From a bacterium (GTDB lineage Bacteria > UBA8248 > JACPRG01 > G963555815), in contig OZ244653.1 in the NCBI GenBank assembly GCA_965218795.1, forward strand, positions 1,952,001-2,016,000: 64,000 nt of DNA, written 5' to 3'. Position numbers and translations under genes: made by a program. The notes beneath the pieces are model-generated. The model was not told the origin of the DNA. It searched no databases and saw only the letters and a program-made list of their open reading frames with translations. Below are positions 51,398 through 61,548 of the stretch, piece after piece; position 1 is the first letter of the stretch; every line of letters begins with the position of its first letter.

Positions 51398-52450
51398 CCA
51401 TTGAGCAGCTCGTCCCTGAGCTTGCCATTAAAGCTCTCGTTGTAGCCGTTCTCCCAGGGCGAGCCGGGCTCGATGAACAGGGTTCTCACCCCGACTCGCG
51501 GTAGCCAGTCCCGAACAACCTGAGCGGTAAACTCCGGCCCGTTATCCGACCGAATGTGCTCCGGCGCTCCATGGCGAGCGAACAGGGCACTCAGGCAGTG
51601 CAGGACATCGTCGCTGCACAGCTTGCGGCCGATCTCGATGGCAAGGCACTCACGCGTGTATTCGTCGAGCACTGTCAGCATCCGGAAGGCCTTGCCGTCA
51701 TGCGTGCGTCCCTGGACGAAGTCATAGGCCCAGACATGATGGGGCCAGCAGGGCCTCAGACGGATACAGGAACCATCATTGAGCCACAGACGTCCCCGTC
51801 TGGGTTGCTTCTTAGGCACCTTCAGCCCCTCCCGCCGCCAGATCCGTTCCACCCGCTTGTGGTTCACGCGCCAACCCTCTGCTCGAAGCAACGCCGTCAC
51901 CCGGCGATAGCCATAACGGCCATACTGACCAGCCAAGCGGATGATCGCCGCCGCCAACGGACCGGCCTCCTCCACGATGCTCGGACTGTAGCGCTGGCTC
52001 GTGCGCGACTGGCCCAGGACCATGCAGGCCCGACGTTCGGAAACAGGGTAGCGTTCCATCACGTAGGACACACAGCGTCGGCGACGCTCGGGGCTTACCA
52101 GTTTCCCTCAACAGCTTCCTTCAGGATCAACTTGTCCAGCGTCAGATCGGCAACCGCACGCTTGAGCCGGGCATTCTCCTGCTCTAGCACCTTCAGACGC
52201 TTCGCCTGGTCCAGCTTCAGGCCGCCATACTCGCGGCGCCACCGGTAAAACGTCTGCTCCGTGATGCCTATCCGACGACAGAGCTCGCCAACCCGCTGGC
52301 CCTGTGCCAGCAGCACTTCCGCCTCCCGAAGATGATTGATGATCTGCTCGACCGTAAAACGTTTCCTGGGCATCTGATCCCCCTCCTCAATGACCCAAAT
52401 GCCGAAATACACTAACTCAGCAAATGGCTCCGGTTAAAGGGGGCAGGTCA
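51398..52450 (-). mobile_element. IS3 family element truncated by the nested IS
   Basis: orfA 52373-52095; orfB stops at LRDELLNG; TIR GGGGCAGGTCA. Confidence 0.9.
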
Positions 52451-52530
52451 CCCATCCGCTGTGAAACCGTGGACCTCGAGGTCCCGGCGGACGCGGAGTT
52501 GGTGATCGAAGGTGAAATCTCCACGGCGTC
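52451..52530 (+). pseudogene. Fragment of a fourth UbiD gene
   Basis: PIRCETVDLEVPADAELVIEGEIST directly abutting the IS end. Confidence 0.75.
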
Positions 52531-53098
52531 ACGGAGGCGTCTTCTGGACAGGAGATAAATTGATGACCGAGTTAGGAGGCAAGGACTGAACCGTTTTTTT
52601 ATTTGTTGACAATACCCTCAGGCAAGGAATCTAATAAATTAAAGGTATTATGTCATACTGGTTATGAGGCCTTTGTCATTCCAAGGAAACTGAATGACCA
52701 TCCGTTAATCGAAACCCAAGAGAGGAGAATCCCGAGAACGCCTCATTGAGATTAATTCTGTACTCGAACAAGTCGACTCGGATTTGGGTGTTCATAGTCA
52801 TAACACCACACATTTCTCTATTTGATTAGAGGCGGGAAGAGTGCCCATGGGGACGAGGCGGGTTGTCGTCACGGTTAACGGCCAGTAGTATCGGTTGATC
52901 AAGAAATCTCGCGAAAAAGGGACCCATGGGAAAACCGATGGTGAAGACGTACGCAAGGGCTTTCACGAATGGGAAACGAAGAGGCGGCGAAGAGAATCAC
53001 CCTGAGCCGAAGTCCCGCTACGCTGATTTGAAGGCGTCGACACCGGCTCCAAAGACTGAAATTCATGCTTCAGATAAAAAACGGCGGCGAGCCAAAAC

Positions 53099-54037
53099 AT
53101 GAGTGACCGAAAACTCGTTGAGGAGTTTGTCCTGGAGCCGGCCACGGGCCGGGGGGTTCCGGTGTTGCGGGGCCAAGTGATACGGATCGAACAAATTGGG
53201 GAGGGGCATCCCCTCGATTTCAATGCGTATAATCTTCACGATTACAAGGAAACTTTCCACGCCGGCCGGACCCGCATGATGCACGGCCTCAATCCGACCG
53301 GAGACGACCATCTTTGGTCGTCTCCGCCGCGAGACCGGAGGATGTACACCATCGTGGAGGATACGGTCGGGACCAACGACGTCATGTTTCCCCGCTGCAC
53401 GGCCTTCCGCTACGAATATCAATTCGGCTTTAGCGGCTATCCGCCCCACAGCAACTGCGCCGACATTTTCGCAGAGGCCGTCCGGGAATGGGAACTGACT
53501 CCGGACGACGTACACGACGCGTTCAACGGGTTCACCAACAGCGGCGTGAATCCGGACGGGACCTTGTTCTTCGGGCGAGCCTACGCGAGGGAGGGGGATT
53601 ACCTTGACTTGCTCGCGCACTTCGATACGCTCGCGGTTCCTGTCAGCTGCGGTGGCGATCTGTCGACCACCAATAATTACGAGATGAAGGGTCTGAAGAT
53701 TCAAATTTTCGAAGGAAACGAAGACGACCAAACTAAGCTGGGCACCGACCTGTTCGATCACCAGCGCACGGTTGATCAGTTTAAGGTAAAGACCATCAAG
53801 GCGGATCGACCGCTGAAACGGGATTCGAGCTATGTCCCCGAGTGGCCGTGGCAGGCGGCGGTCCAGGCGAGAATCGAGGTCGAAGTCGAATTGGACGATC
53901 GACAGACCCGCCTCCTGGAGGAGCTGAAGCGAGACCCAGAATTTGCCGACTTCACCGAAGAGGAGATCGTCCGCTACTGTTTTTTCCGCTGGTGGACCGA
54001 TAAGTTCATGCGCGGGGTGTACCACCTGCAAGACTGA
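53099..54037 (+). CDS. DUF1989 family protein with C-terminal extension
   Basis: GQVIRIEQ..HPLDF, DTVGTND..PRC, NCADIF, DVHDAFN, GDYLDL, VSCG. Confidence 0.8.
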   Translation: MSDRKLVEEFVLEPATGRGVPVLRGQVIRIEQIGEGHPLDFNAYNLHDYKETFHAGRTRMMHGLNPTGDDHLWSSPPRDRRMYTIVEDTVGTNDVMFPRCTAFRYEYQFGFSGYPPHSNCADIFAEAVREWELTPDDVHDAFNGFTNSGVNPDGTLFFGRAYAREGDYLDLLAHFDTLAVPVSCGGDLSTTNNYEMKGLKIQIFEGNEDDQTKLGTDLFDHQRTVDQFKVKTIKADRPLKRDSSYVPEWPWQAAVQARIEVEVELDDRQTRLLEELKRDPEFADFTEEEIVRYCFFRWWTDKFMRGVYHLQD

Positions 54038-54154
54038 GTGATTTGGGACGTCCGTTGGGACAGGACTCCGCCCCATAGGGTCCCGAGGATGGCCGGTTCT
54101 CCGAATCCCAAATGCAAGTCCGGTTGAACTGTAGCCGAATAAGGAGGAAGCATC

Positions 54155-55270
54155 ATGAAGCGGAATCGCAGAAACCGCTCGACTGCTGCAAAGACCGTGA
54201 GCCGCCGCCACTTTCTCAAGGGAGCCGTAGGCACTGCGGCCCTGTTGAAGGCGCCCGCCTTTATTCGGAACGCCGGCGCTTCCCAGCTCAGGAAGGTGAA
54301 GTTTCAGCTCGCTTGGATCCCCTCGGGTGAATACACGCCTTGGTTCGCGGCCAAAGAGATGGGATTCTGGTCCGAACTCGGGCTGGATGTTGAAATCTTC
54401 CGTGGATTCGGGTCTGGGAAGACCGCGAAGAATGTCTCCCTCGGCCAGTTCGACGTGGGGGAGGCGAGCTTCGGCTTGGTCGCGAATACCGCTTCCAAGG
54501 GCGGCGCACTCACCGCCCTGGCGGCCCGGTACCAGAAATCTCCGGTCGGCATGATGGCGCTCAGTAAAAAGGGGTTGAAGAGTCCGCAAGACCTGGAAGG
54601 CATGACTGTCGGGAGCGCTGCGTTCAGCGGGGCCTATCGGCTCTTCCCTGCGTTTGCCAAGGCGACGAGACTCGACGCCTCCAAAGTCAAGTTCCAGATG
54701 ATTTCGCCCGCCGCGTATTTTTCCTCCCTGCTCGCCGGCAAGGTGGACGCGGTCGCCACGTATTATGTTTCCCAAGCCCCGCCCCTGCTGGCCAAGAACA
54801 TTGCTTTCGACTTCCTCTTCTTCGCGGACTACCAGCTGGACATGCTCGATCAGACCCTGATTACGCGACCCGACAGCCTGAAAAAGGATCGGGAACTGTA
54901 TCGGAATTTCGTGATGGGCGCGCTGAAAGGGGTCGCCTTCAGCTACCTGAGTCCTCAAAAGACCGTGGACATCGCCATGAAGCAGCTGGCGGCCCTGGGC
55001 TTCGGAAAAGGTTCCCGCCGGAACGTCGAACTCGCCCAGGGCGTGGCGACGGCCCTCGGGATTTCGAAGGCGGTTGAGAAGCGCGGCATCGGCTGGATGG
55101 AACCCGCTCTCGTGAAAGACACCGTGGACAAGGTCGTAAGGTACCTGGGGGCAAACAAGATCGACGATGTGAATGCCCTTTACACCAATGAGTTCGTAGG
55201 GGGCGTCAATCTCAAGCCGGAGCAGTGGGCGAAACTCCAGGCCGAGAGCAAGAAATACCTGCCATCCTAG
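54155..55270 (+). CDS. Tat-exported NMT1/THI5-like ABC substrate-binding protein
   Basis: SRRHFLK Tat motif, FQLAWIP, GFGS, DLEG, GKVDA; AAGGAGG RBS. Confidence 0.88.
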   Translation: MKRNRRNRSTAAKTVSRRHFLKGAVGTAALLKAPAFIRNAGASQLRKVKFQLAWIPSGEYTPWFAAKEMGFWSELGLDVEIFRGFGSGKTAKNVSLGQFDVGEASFGLVANTASKGGALTALAARYQKSPVGMMALSKKGLKSPQDLEGMTVGSAAFSGAYRLFPAFAKATRLDASKVKFQMISPAAYFSSLLAGKVDAVATYYVSQAPPLLAKNIAFDFLFFADYQLDMLDQTLITRPDSLKKDRELYRNFVMGALKGVAFSYLSPQKTVDIAMKQLAALGFGKGSRRNVELAQGVATALGISKAVEKRGIGWMEPALVKDTVDKVVRYLGANKIDDVNALYTNEFVGGVNLKPEQWAKLQAESKKYLPS

Positions 55271-55296
55271 GGAGGAGGGCCCCGTCTGATGGGGAG

Positions 55297-56566
55297 TGAC
55301 CTGCCCCCACTAACGAGACCACGTGCTACGTTAGACACGGGACCCTTTGCAGTCCACTCCGGGGAACCGGCGCCAGGGCTTGGGTTCTTGGGAATCTGGC
55401 CTCTGGTGCGGGTGGCCGGTAGGCCAAGGCACTGTGAGGCCGTCGCTGGTTGTACTCCCGCCTCCACCTCTCCACCAGCACCTGGGCCTCTTTCAGGGTC
55501 TCGAAGCTCTCCACGTTCAGGAGCTCATCCCTCAGCTTCCCGTTGAAACTCTCCACATATCCGTTCTCCCAGGGACTCCCTGGCTCGATATACAATGTCC
55601 TCACGCCAACCGCCTTGAGCCAGTGCCTGACCACCCTCGCTGTGAACTCCGACCCGTTATCTGACCGGAGGTATTCAGGGACGCCCCGGCCCACAAACAA
55701 CTCTGCCAACCGCTCCAGCACATCCTGGTGATTCATCTGCCTTTGGACATCAATGGATATACATTCTCGGCTGTACTCATCCAAAATGGTCAGCAGCCGG
55801 AAAGCCCTCCCTTCTTGGGTGCGCTCATGCATGAAGTCATAGCTCCAGACATGGTTCCGATGAGTCGGTCTCAGGCGCACGCAAGAGCCGTCATGGAGCC
55901 ACAGTCTCCTGCGTTTCGGCTGTCTGGACGGGACCTTCAGCCCCTCCTGCCTCCAGAGCCTTTCCACGCGCTTGTGGTTCACCTTCCACCCCTCCCAACG
56001 AAGCATGGCCGTGATCCTCCGGTAGCCGTATCGGCCGTACTGACTGGCCAGTTCCACCATCCGGATCACCAGTTGCGCCTCTTCCTTGGGGAACTGCGGG
56101 ATTCTTCGTTGGGTCGATCTGGCCTGTCCCAGCACGCGGCAGGCCCGACGCTCGGAGACTCGCTCAGGCCCGAATCGCTCTCTGACCCATACCACGACTC
56201 GTCTCCGCTTCGCCGGGCTTAGAAGTTTCCCGAGGAGACTTCCTTCAGGATCTGGTTGTCCAGGGACAGATCCGCCACCAGCTTCTTCAGCCGGGCATTC
56301 TCCTGCTCCAGGGACTTCAGACGCTTGGCCTGGTCCATCCTCAGACCCCCGTACTCCTTCCTCCACCGGTAGTAGGTTTGCTCCGTCACCCCGATCTGCT
56401 TGCACACCTGGCCTACCGTCTTCCCCTGGGACTGGGCCACCTCCGCCTCTCGCAGCTTGATGATGATCTGCTCGGCCGTAAACCGCTTCCTTGCCATCCT
56501 TCCCCTCCTTCCGAAAATCCAGGAATACTCATTTATAAACTGGACCCGTTTGAAGGGGGCAGGTCA
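55297..56566 (-). mobile_element. IS3 family element, full length
   Basis: orfA 56497-56219, orfB with DDE motifs, TGACCTGCCCCC TIRs at both ends. Confidence 0.93.
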
Positions 56567-57145
56567 CCACCTATCGTCAAAACGGCACTTGGTATTTCTG
56601 AAGTAGTGATAACCGTATTGTTCACAATCGAGTACGTTCTTCGCATCGCGACATCACCCAAGAAGACGGACTACATTTTCAGCTTCTATGGCATTATCGA
56701 TTTGGTCGCCGTCCTCCCGTTTTATCTTTCTCTCGGAATCGATCTTCGCTCCGTCCGTGCTTTTCGTTTATTTCGCATTGTTCGTATCTTAAAACTCACG
56801 GGGTATAACAGTGCAATGGCACGATTTGGAAAAGCCATTTCGTACGCCAGAGAAGAAGCTACGATCTTCTTTTTCGCAACAATAATACTTCTCTATCTTT
56901 CGGCAGTAGGTATCTATTATTTCGAACATGATGCCCAACCTGAGAACTTTCGATCGATTTTCCATAGCTTGTGGTGGGCCATTGCTACACTCACGACGGT
57001 GGGCTACGGCGATGTCTATCCCGTAACAGTGGGAGGCAAGCTGTTTACCTTCGTAATTCTGATGTGCGGCATGGGTATTGTGGCTGTGCCAGCGGGGCTT
57101 GTCGCCGCAGCACTGTCAAAAGTTCGAGAGAATGAAGATTGCTAA
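56567..57145 (+). pseudogene. Voltage-gated K+ channel / ion transporter, 5'-truncated by IS3
   Basis: FTIEYVLRI, IIDLVAVLP, RAFRLFRIVR S4, WWAIATLTTVGYGD; lower GC. Confidence 0.88.
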
Positions 57146-57432
57146 ATGGGTAGGTTGCGACGACTCATCAAAGCGTAACGGCCGTCATTATCCCTTACCA
57201 TCGCCGCCGCAATGGTCCTCCCCACCCACTCCCCCGCCTCGACGAGGTGGTCGTCTGTGTAGCGGATCGAAGATAATTGAGAATGGCTCGGAAAATCGCC
57301 CATGAAAAGGGGGTAAAAGGGGCGTGCATCGACCACGTTGGATGCCAGCGGTGGCCGATTAGAATTCCGAATCATCATGGGCAGGTTCTCTCCCGACATG
57401 ACGGGATGACCGGCTCGGGTGTAGCGGAGGTT

Positions 57433-57700
57433 GTGGACTTGACCCATTTCGGTGGACACTTTCGTACTGTGCGCAGGACGTGTTCAGATGACAAAGACTC
57501 ATTCCCCTTACGCGCCGGCGTAACGGCGCCAGATGGTCGAGCGGGTCCGCGCGGGGCGCACGCCCGGGGAGCTGGCTCGCGAGTTTGAGTGCTCCGCTTC
57601 GGCGATTCGCAACTGGGTACGCCAAGCCGATCGGGACGAGGGCCGTCGTGAGGACGGTCTGAGGAGTTCGGAGCGTGGAGGAGCTCGAGCGGATCGTTTT
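57433..57700 (+). mobile_element. IS3 orfA remnant related to 49987-51397
   Basis: TIR TGGACTTGACC..GTGGACAC; MTKTHSPYAG..RRQMVE with stop and frameshift. Confidence 0.75.
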
Positions 57701-57949
57701 GCGTGAATGGAGCCGTGCGACGGGCCACGGTGCGGGGATGTCGAAATCAGGGTCCCGGGAGCGATAACCGACAAGCGCAGACATGTCATGCCTGCATATT
57801 GATCAAATCCGGTTGCGAAACGATCACCCAGCCCAGTAGGACATAATCAGGCGAGTTGCAGCGAACACGGAAACAACATTGAAAAACAAATAGATAAACG
57901 ATATTTGAGAGCGTGGAAATTCTCTAGAACTGCATAAGTGTGGCAAAGA

Positions 57950-58127
57950 TCATGAACCGGAAGCCGGCCTCCAGCCTTCGCCCAGAATGTCGGTCGCGAT
58001 ACTGTCGGCGATCCGAGCCGCCGACTCCTGCACCGAGTCGCGCGCCAGATGGGTATAGCGCGCCGTGGTCTCGACTTGGCTGTCCCCCAACGCCAAGGCC
58101 CTGGACGCGAAGGAATGACAAAGATCA
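57950..58127 (-). pseudogene. Duplicated 3' end of tyrosine integrase
   Basis: DLCHSFASRALALG/DSQVETTARYTHLARDSVQE...GWRPASG, near-copy of the end of 58128..59345 with an internal deletion. Confidence 0.85.
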
Positions 58128-59345
58128 TCATCCGGAAGCCGGCCCCCAGCCTTCGTCCAGAATGTCGGCCGCGATACTCCCGGCGATACGCTCCGCGGCC
58201 TCCTGCACCGAATCCCGCGCCAGATGGGCGTACCGGGCCGTGGTCTCCACCTGGCTGTGGCCCAACAGCTTGCCGATCATCGGCAAGCTCTCCCCCAGCG
58301 CCAGGGCCCTGGACGCGAAGCTGTGACGCAGGTCATGAATCCGGACGTCCTCCAGGCCGGCCCGCGCCCGGATGGCCTGCCAGGCCTGATCCACGTTGCT
58401 CATGTGCGTACCCGGCTTCCTCCCGGGAATGACCCACGGGTTGCCCGGTTCCCGAGGCAGACCGGAAAGAAGCTTCATTGCCGAGGGCGACAAGGGAACC
58501 ACCCGTGCGCCCGTCTTCGCGTCGGGCAGCCTCAATTCGTTGTCATCCAGCGCCACGTCCTCCCAGCGCAGGGTCAGGATCTCGTTCTTCCGGCATCCGG
58601 TCAGCATCAGCAGACGGAGAGCGGTCACCGCGGATGCCGACGCGCCGCCCTGGGCCTCGACCTCATCCAGCACCTGCCCCAGGCGGGTGAACTCCCCATC
58701 GGTCAGAAACCGTTCCTGCTTGCGCAAGGGATACTTGACGACAGAGCGGCAGGGGTTGCACCCCTCCGGAACGAGTCCCCAGCCCTCGGCCAGCCTGTAC
58801 ATCAGCGACAGGGTGCGGACCACCATGTTCGCAATGGAAGGTGTCTCGCACAGGCGTTGATGCAGCTCCGTGACCTGCGCGCGCTCGACCGCCACGAGAG
58901 ACAGCCTGCCGAGAACGGGCACGATATGACGGTTCACCACCGTGCGGGTCGATGCTGCGGTACGCGGCTTGCAGCGCACGGCCACATGCTCTTCGAGAAA
59001 CCGCCTTGCAAGCTCGCCCACGGTCGGCCCCCCGGACAGCCTGACCGACATCGGCTCGGGCACCGGCTCCGCGCCCGCCTTGACCCGGGCGATGATCAAG
59101 GCCGCCCTCTGACGCGCCTGCTCCGCGCCGAGCACCCCGTGCCGACCCACCGTGACCCGCTTCGGTCCCCCCGGTCCCCGGGCCTGGGCGATATAGACCT
59201 TTCCGCCCGTGGGATAGACCCGCACCCCGAATCCCGTGAGCTCGTGATCCCAGAACACCGTGTCTTTTTCTACCTTCAGCTTCTCGACCGTGCGGTTCGA
59301 GAGCGTCTTGTATGCCAGCTTCGCCATGTCCGGATCCAGCCTCAT
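58128..59345 (-). CDS. Tyrosine recombinase/integrase with arm-binding domain (B)
   Basis: WD.ELTGFGVRV, LTGCRKNEI, KTG, HDLRHS, LLGH, TARY. Confidence 0.93.
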   Translation of the reverse strand: MRLDPDMAKLAYKTLSNRTVEKLKVEKDTVFWDHELTGFGVRVYPTGGKVYIAQARGPGGPKRVTVGRHGVLGAEQARQRAALIIARVKAGAEPVPEPMSVRLSGGPTVGELARRFLEEHVAVRCKPRTAASTRTVVNRHIVPVLGRLSLVAVERAQVTELHQRLCETPSIANMVVRTLSLMYRLAEGWGLVPEGCNPCRSVVKYPLRKQERFLTDGEFTRLGQVLDEVEAQGGASASAVTALRLLMLTGCRKNEILTLRWEDVALDDNELRLPDAKTGARVVPLSPSAMKLLSGLPREPGNPWVIPGRKPGTHMSNVDQAWQAIRARAGLEDVRIHDLRHSFASRALALGESLPMIGKLLGHSQVETTARYAHLARDSVQEAAERIAGSIAADILDEGWGPASG

Positions 59346-60526
59346 GCCGCCTCGGTGCTCCGCGGCCCGATGTGGGCCCCGATGCTGTCGCCCACCCGGG
59401 TGGCCGCGACCTTCTCCGCATCCCGCATCAGGTGCGCGTACCGCGCTGTTGTCCCCACCTTCCTGTGACCGAGCAGCTTCCCGATCGTGGGCAGGCTCTC
59501 GCCAAGCGCCAGGGCCCTCGATGCATAGGAATGCCGGATGTCGTGGATCCGAACGTCATCGAGGCCGGCGCGTTCGCAAATCCGCATCCAGTAGAGTTGG
59601 AGGTCAGGCAGGTGGGAATCCGGCTTCCGGCCCACAATCACCCAGGGTTTGCCCGAGACCCGAGGGATGCCGTCGAGCACCGCCAGCACAGGCGCGGTCA
59701 GGGGCACCATGCGAGGACCCGACTTGGCCTCCCTGAGCCTCAGTTCGCCCGCCGTGCGGTCCACGTCGTCCCAGCGCAGCGTCAGGATCTCGCTCTTCCG
59801 GCATCCGGTCAGCATCAGCAACCGGAGCGCTGCAATCGCCGGCGGCCATACCGAGCCGTCCGTTTCCGCATCCCTCAATACACGGCCCAGGCGCCGGAAC
59901 TCCTCCGGCGTCAGAAACCGCTCGCGCGACCGCATTTTGTAACGGCGCACCGACCGGCACGGGTTCCGGCCGGGCGGTATCCGGTCCCACGCCTCGGCCA
60001 GCGAGAACATTTTCGACAGGATATTGACCGTCCCGTTGGCCATTGCAGGTGTGTCGTGGAGCCGGTGATGCAGCGCCGCAATCTCCCCTCGTCCGACCTC
60101 GCTGATTGACATCCCGCCCAGCACCGGCAAGATGTGTTTGTCGAGTACCAATCGATACTTGGCGGCCGTGCTCGGCTTGCAATGCGCCTTGACATGGGTG
60201 CGCAGAAAGCGTTCGGACAGTTCGGCCACCGTGAGCTCCGGTTCGGGTGGTGCGGGCGCGGGGTCCTCCCCCCGCTTGATGCGGTCGATGACCACGGCCG
60301 CCCGCTTCCTCGCCTCATCGGTCGACATATCCCCATGCCGCCCGAGGGTCACTCGCTTCGGCCCGGTGGGCCCCCGGGACTGGACCACGTAGACCTTGCG
60401 GCCCGTGGCATGAACACGCACCCCGAAGCCGGCCAGATCCCGATCCCAGAAGACGGCGTCCTCGGCTTGGACGGTGAGCGCGTCCACGGTGCGCTTGGTG
60501 ATCCTGAGCTCGCTTCGTCTGGGCAT
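59342..60526 (-). CDS. Tyrosine recombinase/integrase with arm-binding domain (A)
   Basis: WDRDLAGFGVRV, LTGCRKSEI, KSG, HDIRHS, LLGH, TARY; ATGA overlap with B. Confidence 0.93.
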   Translation of the reverse strand: MPRRSELRITKRTVDALTVQAEDAVFWDRDLAGFGVRVHATGRKVYVVQSRGPTGPKRVTLGRHGDMSTDEARKRAAVVIDRIKRGEDPAPAPPEPELTVAELSERFLRTHVKAHCKPSTAAKYRLVLDKHILPVLGGMSISEVGRGEIAALHHRLHDTPAMANGTVNILSKMFSLAEAWDRIPPGRNPCRSVRRYKMRSRERFLTPEEFRRLGRVLRDAETDGSVWPPAIAALRLLMLTGCRKSEILTLRWDDVDRTAGELRLREAKSGPRMVPLTAPVLAVLDGIPRVSGKPWVIVGRKPDSHLPDLQLYWMRICERAGLDDVRIHDIRHSYASRALALGESLPTIGKLLGHRKVGTTARYAHLMRDAEKVAATRVGDSIGAHIGPRSTEAA

Positions 60527-60938
60527 GGACCATCCTTGCTTTTGTACGATGCTGATCAGCCTGCAATTACCGTAATCAAAACGAATATGAACGGCATCAA
60601 CTCGGTGCGTATTTGAGCACAAACATGGCGGGAATGCAAGGGGCTGAAGATAGGAGAAGAATTGAAATAAGTGAATAAAAATAACTAGTTATAGTACTAG
60701 AACGCATTCAGGCGCTTCATTGGCAGATGAATGGACTTTCTATAATATTTTCTTGACGGGAACCCTGCAAATCCCTTGCAAATTGACACACTGGGAGGAC
60801 CGAATCCGGCTTCCAAATACTTTCCCGCGAGGCTCAGCCGCATCTTTACGGTCCTGATATACTGGAGTCGTTTGAAACGGATCGAGCGCCCCGACAAGCT
60901 CGAAGCACTTCCTATTCGTTCACTCAGCGGAGGAACCA

Positions 60939-61475
60939 GTGGCAGACCAGAAACCCGAAGAGACGGGCGGCTACGCCGAGCACAAGGAACTCAGCGCCGA
61001 CAAGGAACATCTCCCGTTCGCCGTGATCACGGTAAGCGATACCCGTACGGAGGAAACCGACAAGAGCGGGCGGCTCATCAAAGAGCAGATGACCGCAAAG
61101 GGACACCGCCTCGAGCGTTACAACATCGTCAAGGACGACCAGGACACCGTGCGGACGGAATTCGAGGCGTGCCTGTCCAACCCTGAAATCTGCATCATCA
61201 TCTCGAACGGAGGGACGGGCGTTGCCGTGCGCGACGGGACCTACGAGGTTGTGGCTTCTCTTCTGGAAAAAACCCTGACCGGGTTCGGTGAGATTTTTCG
61301 GATGCTGAGCTACGATGACATCGGCCCCGGAGCCATCATGAGCCGAGCCACGGCGGGGATCGCCCGGGGGAAAGTCGTTTTCGCTATCCCGGGATCGTCA
61401 GGCGCCGTCCGGCTGGCCCTGGAGAAAATCATCCTGGAGGAGGCGGCGCATGTCTACTGGGAGATCACGAAATAG
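60939..61475 (+). CDS. moaB: Molybdenum cofactor biosynthesis protein MoaB/MogA
   Basis: VITVSD, DKSG, NGGTG..RDGT, GFGEIFR, SRATAG, PGS. Confidence 0.9.
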   Translation: MADQKPEETGGYAEHKELSADKEHLPFAVITVSDTRTEETDKSGRLIKEQMTAKGHRLERYNIVKDDQDTVRTEFEACLSNPEICIIISNGGTGVAVRDGTYEVVASLLEKTLTGFGEIFRMLSYDDIGPGAIMSRATAGIARGKVVFAIPGSSGAVRLALEKIILEEAAHVYWEITK

Positions 61476-61548
61476 GACGTGAGAGTCAGGCGCTCTTCCG
61501 GTCGACGCAGGCGGCTGTGAGTCGGTGGGGTGGAGCGGCGGACTCCTC

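Noticed and set aside
52625-52662. Possible dif site (TTATGTCATAC)
   Set aside because: Only a XerD-like half; no XerC arm at the correct spacing
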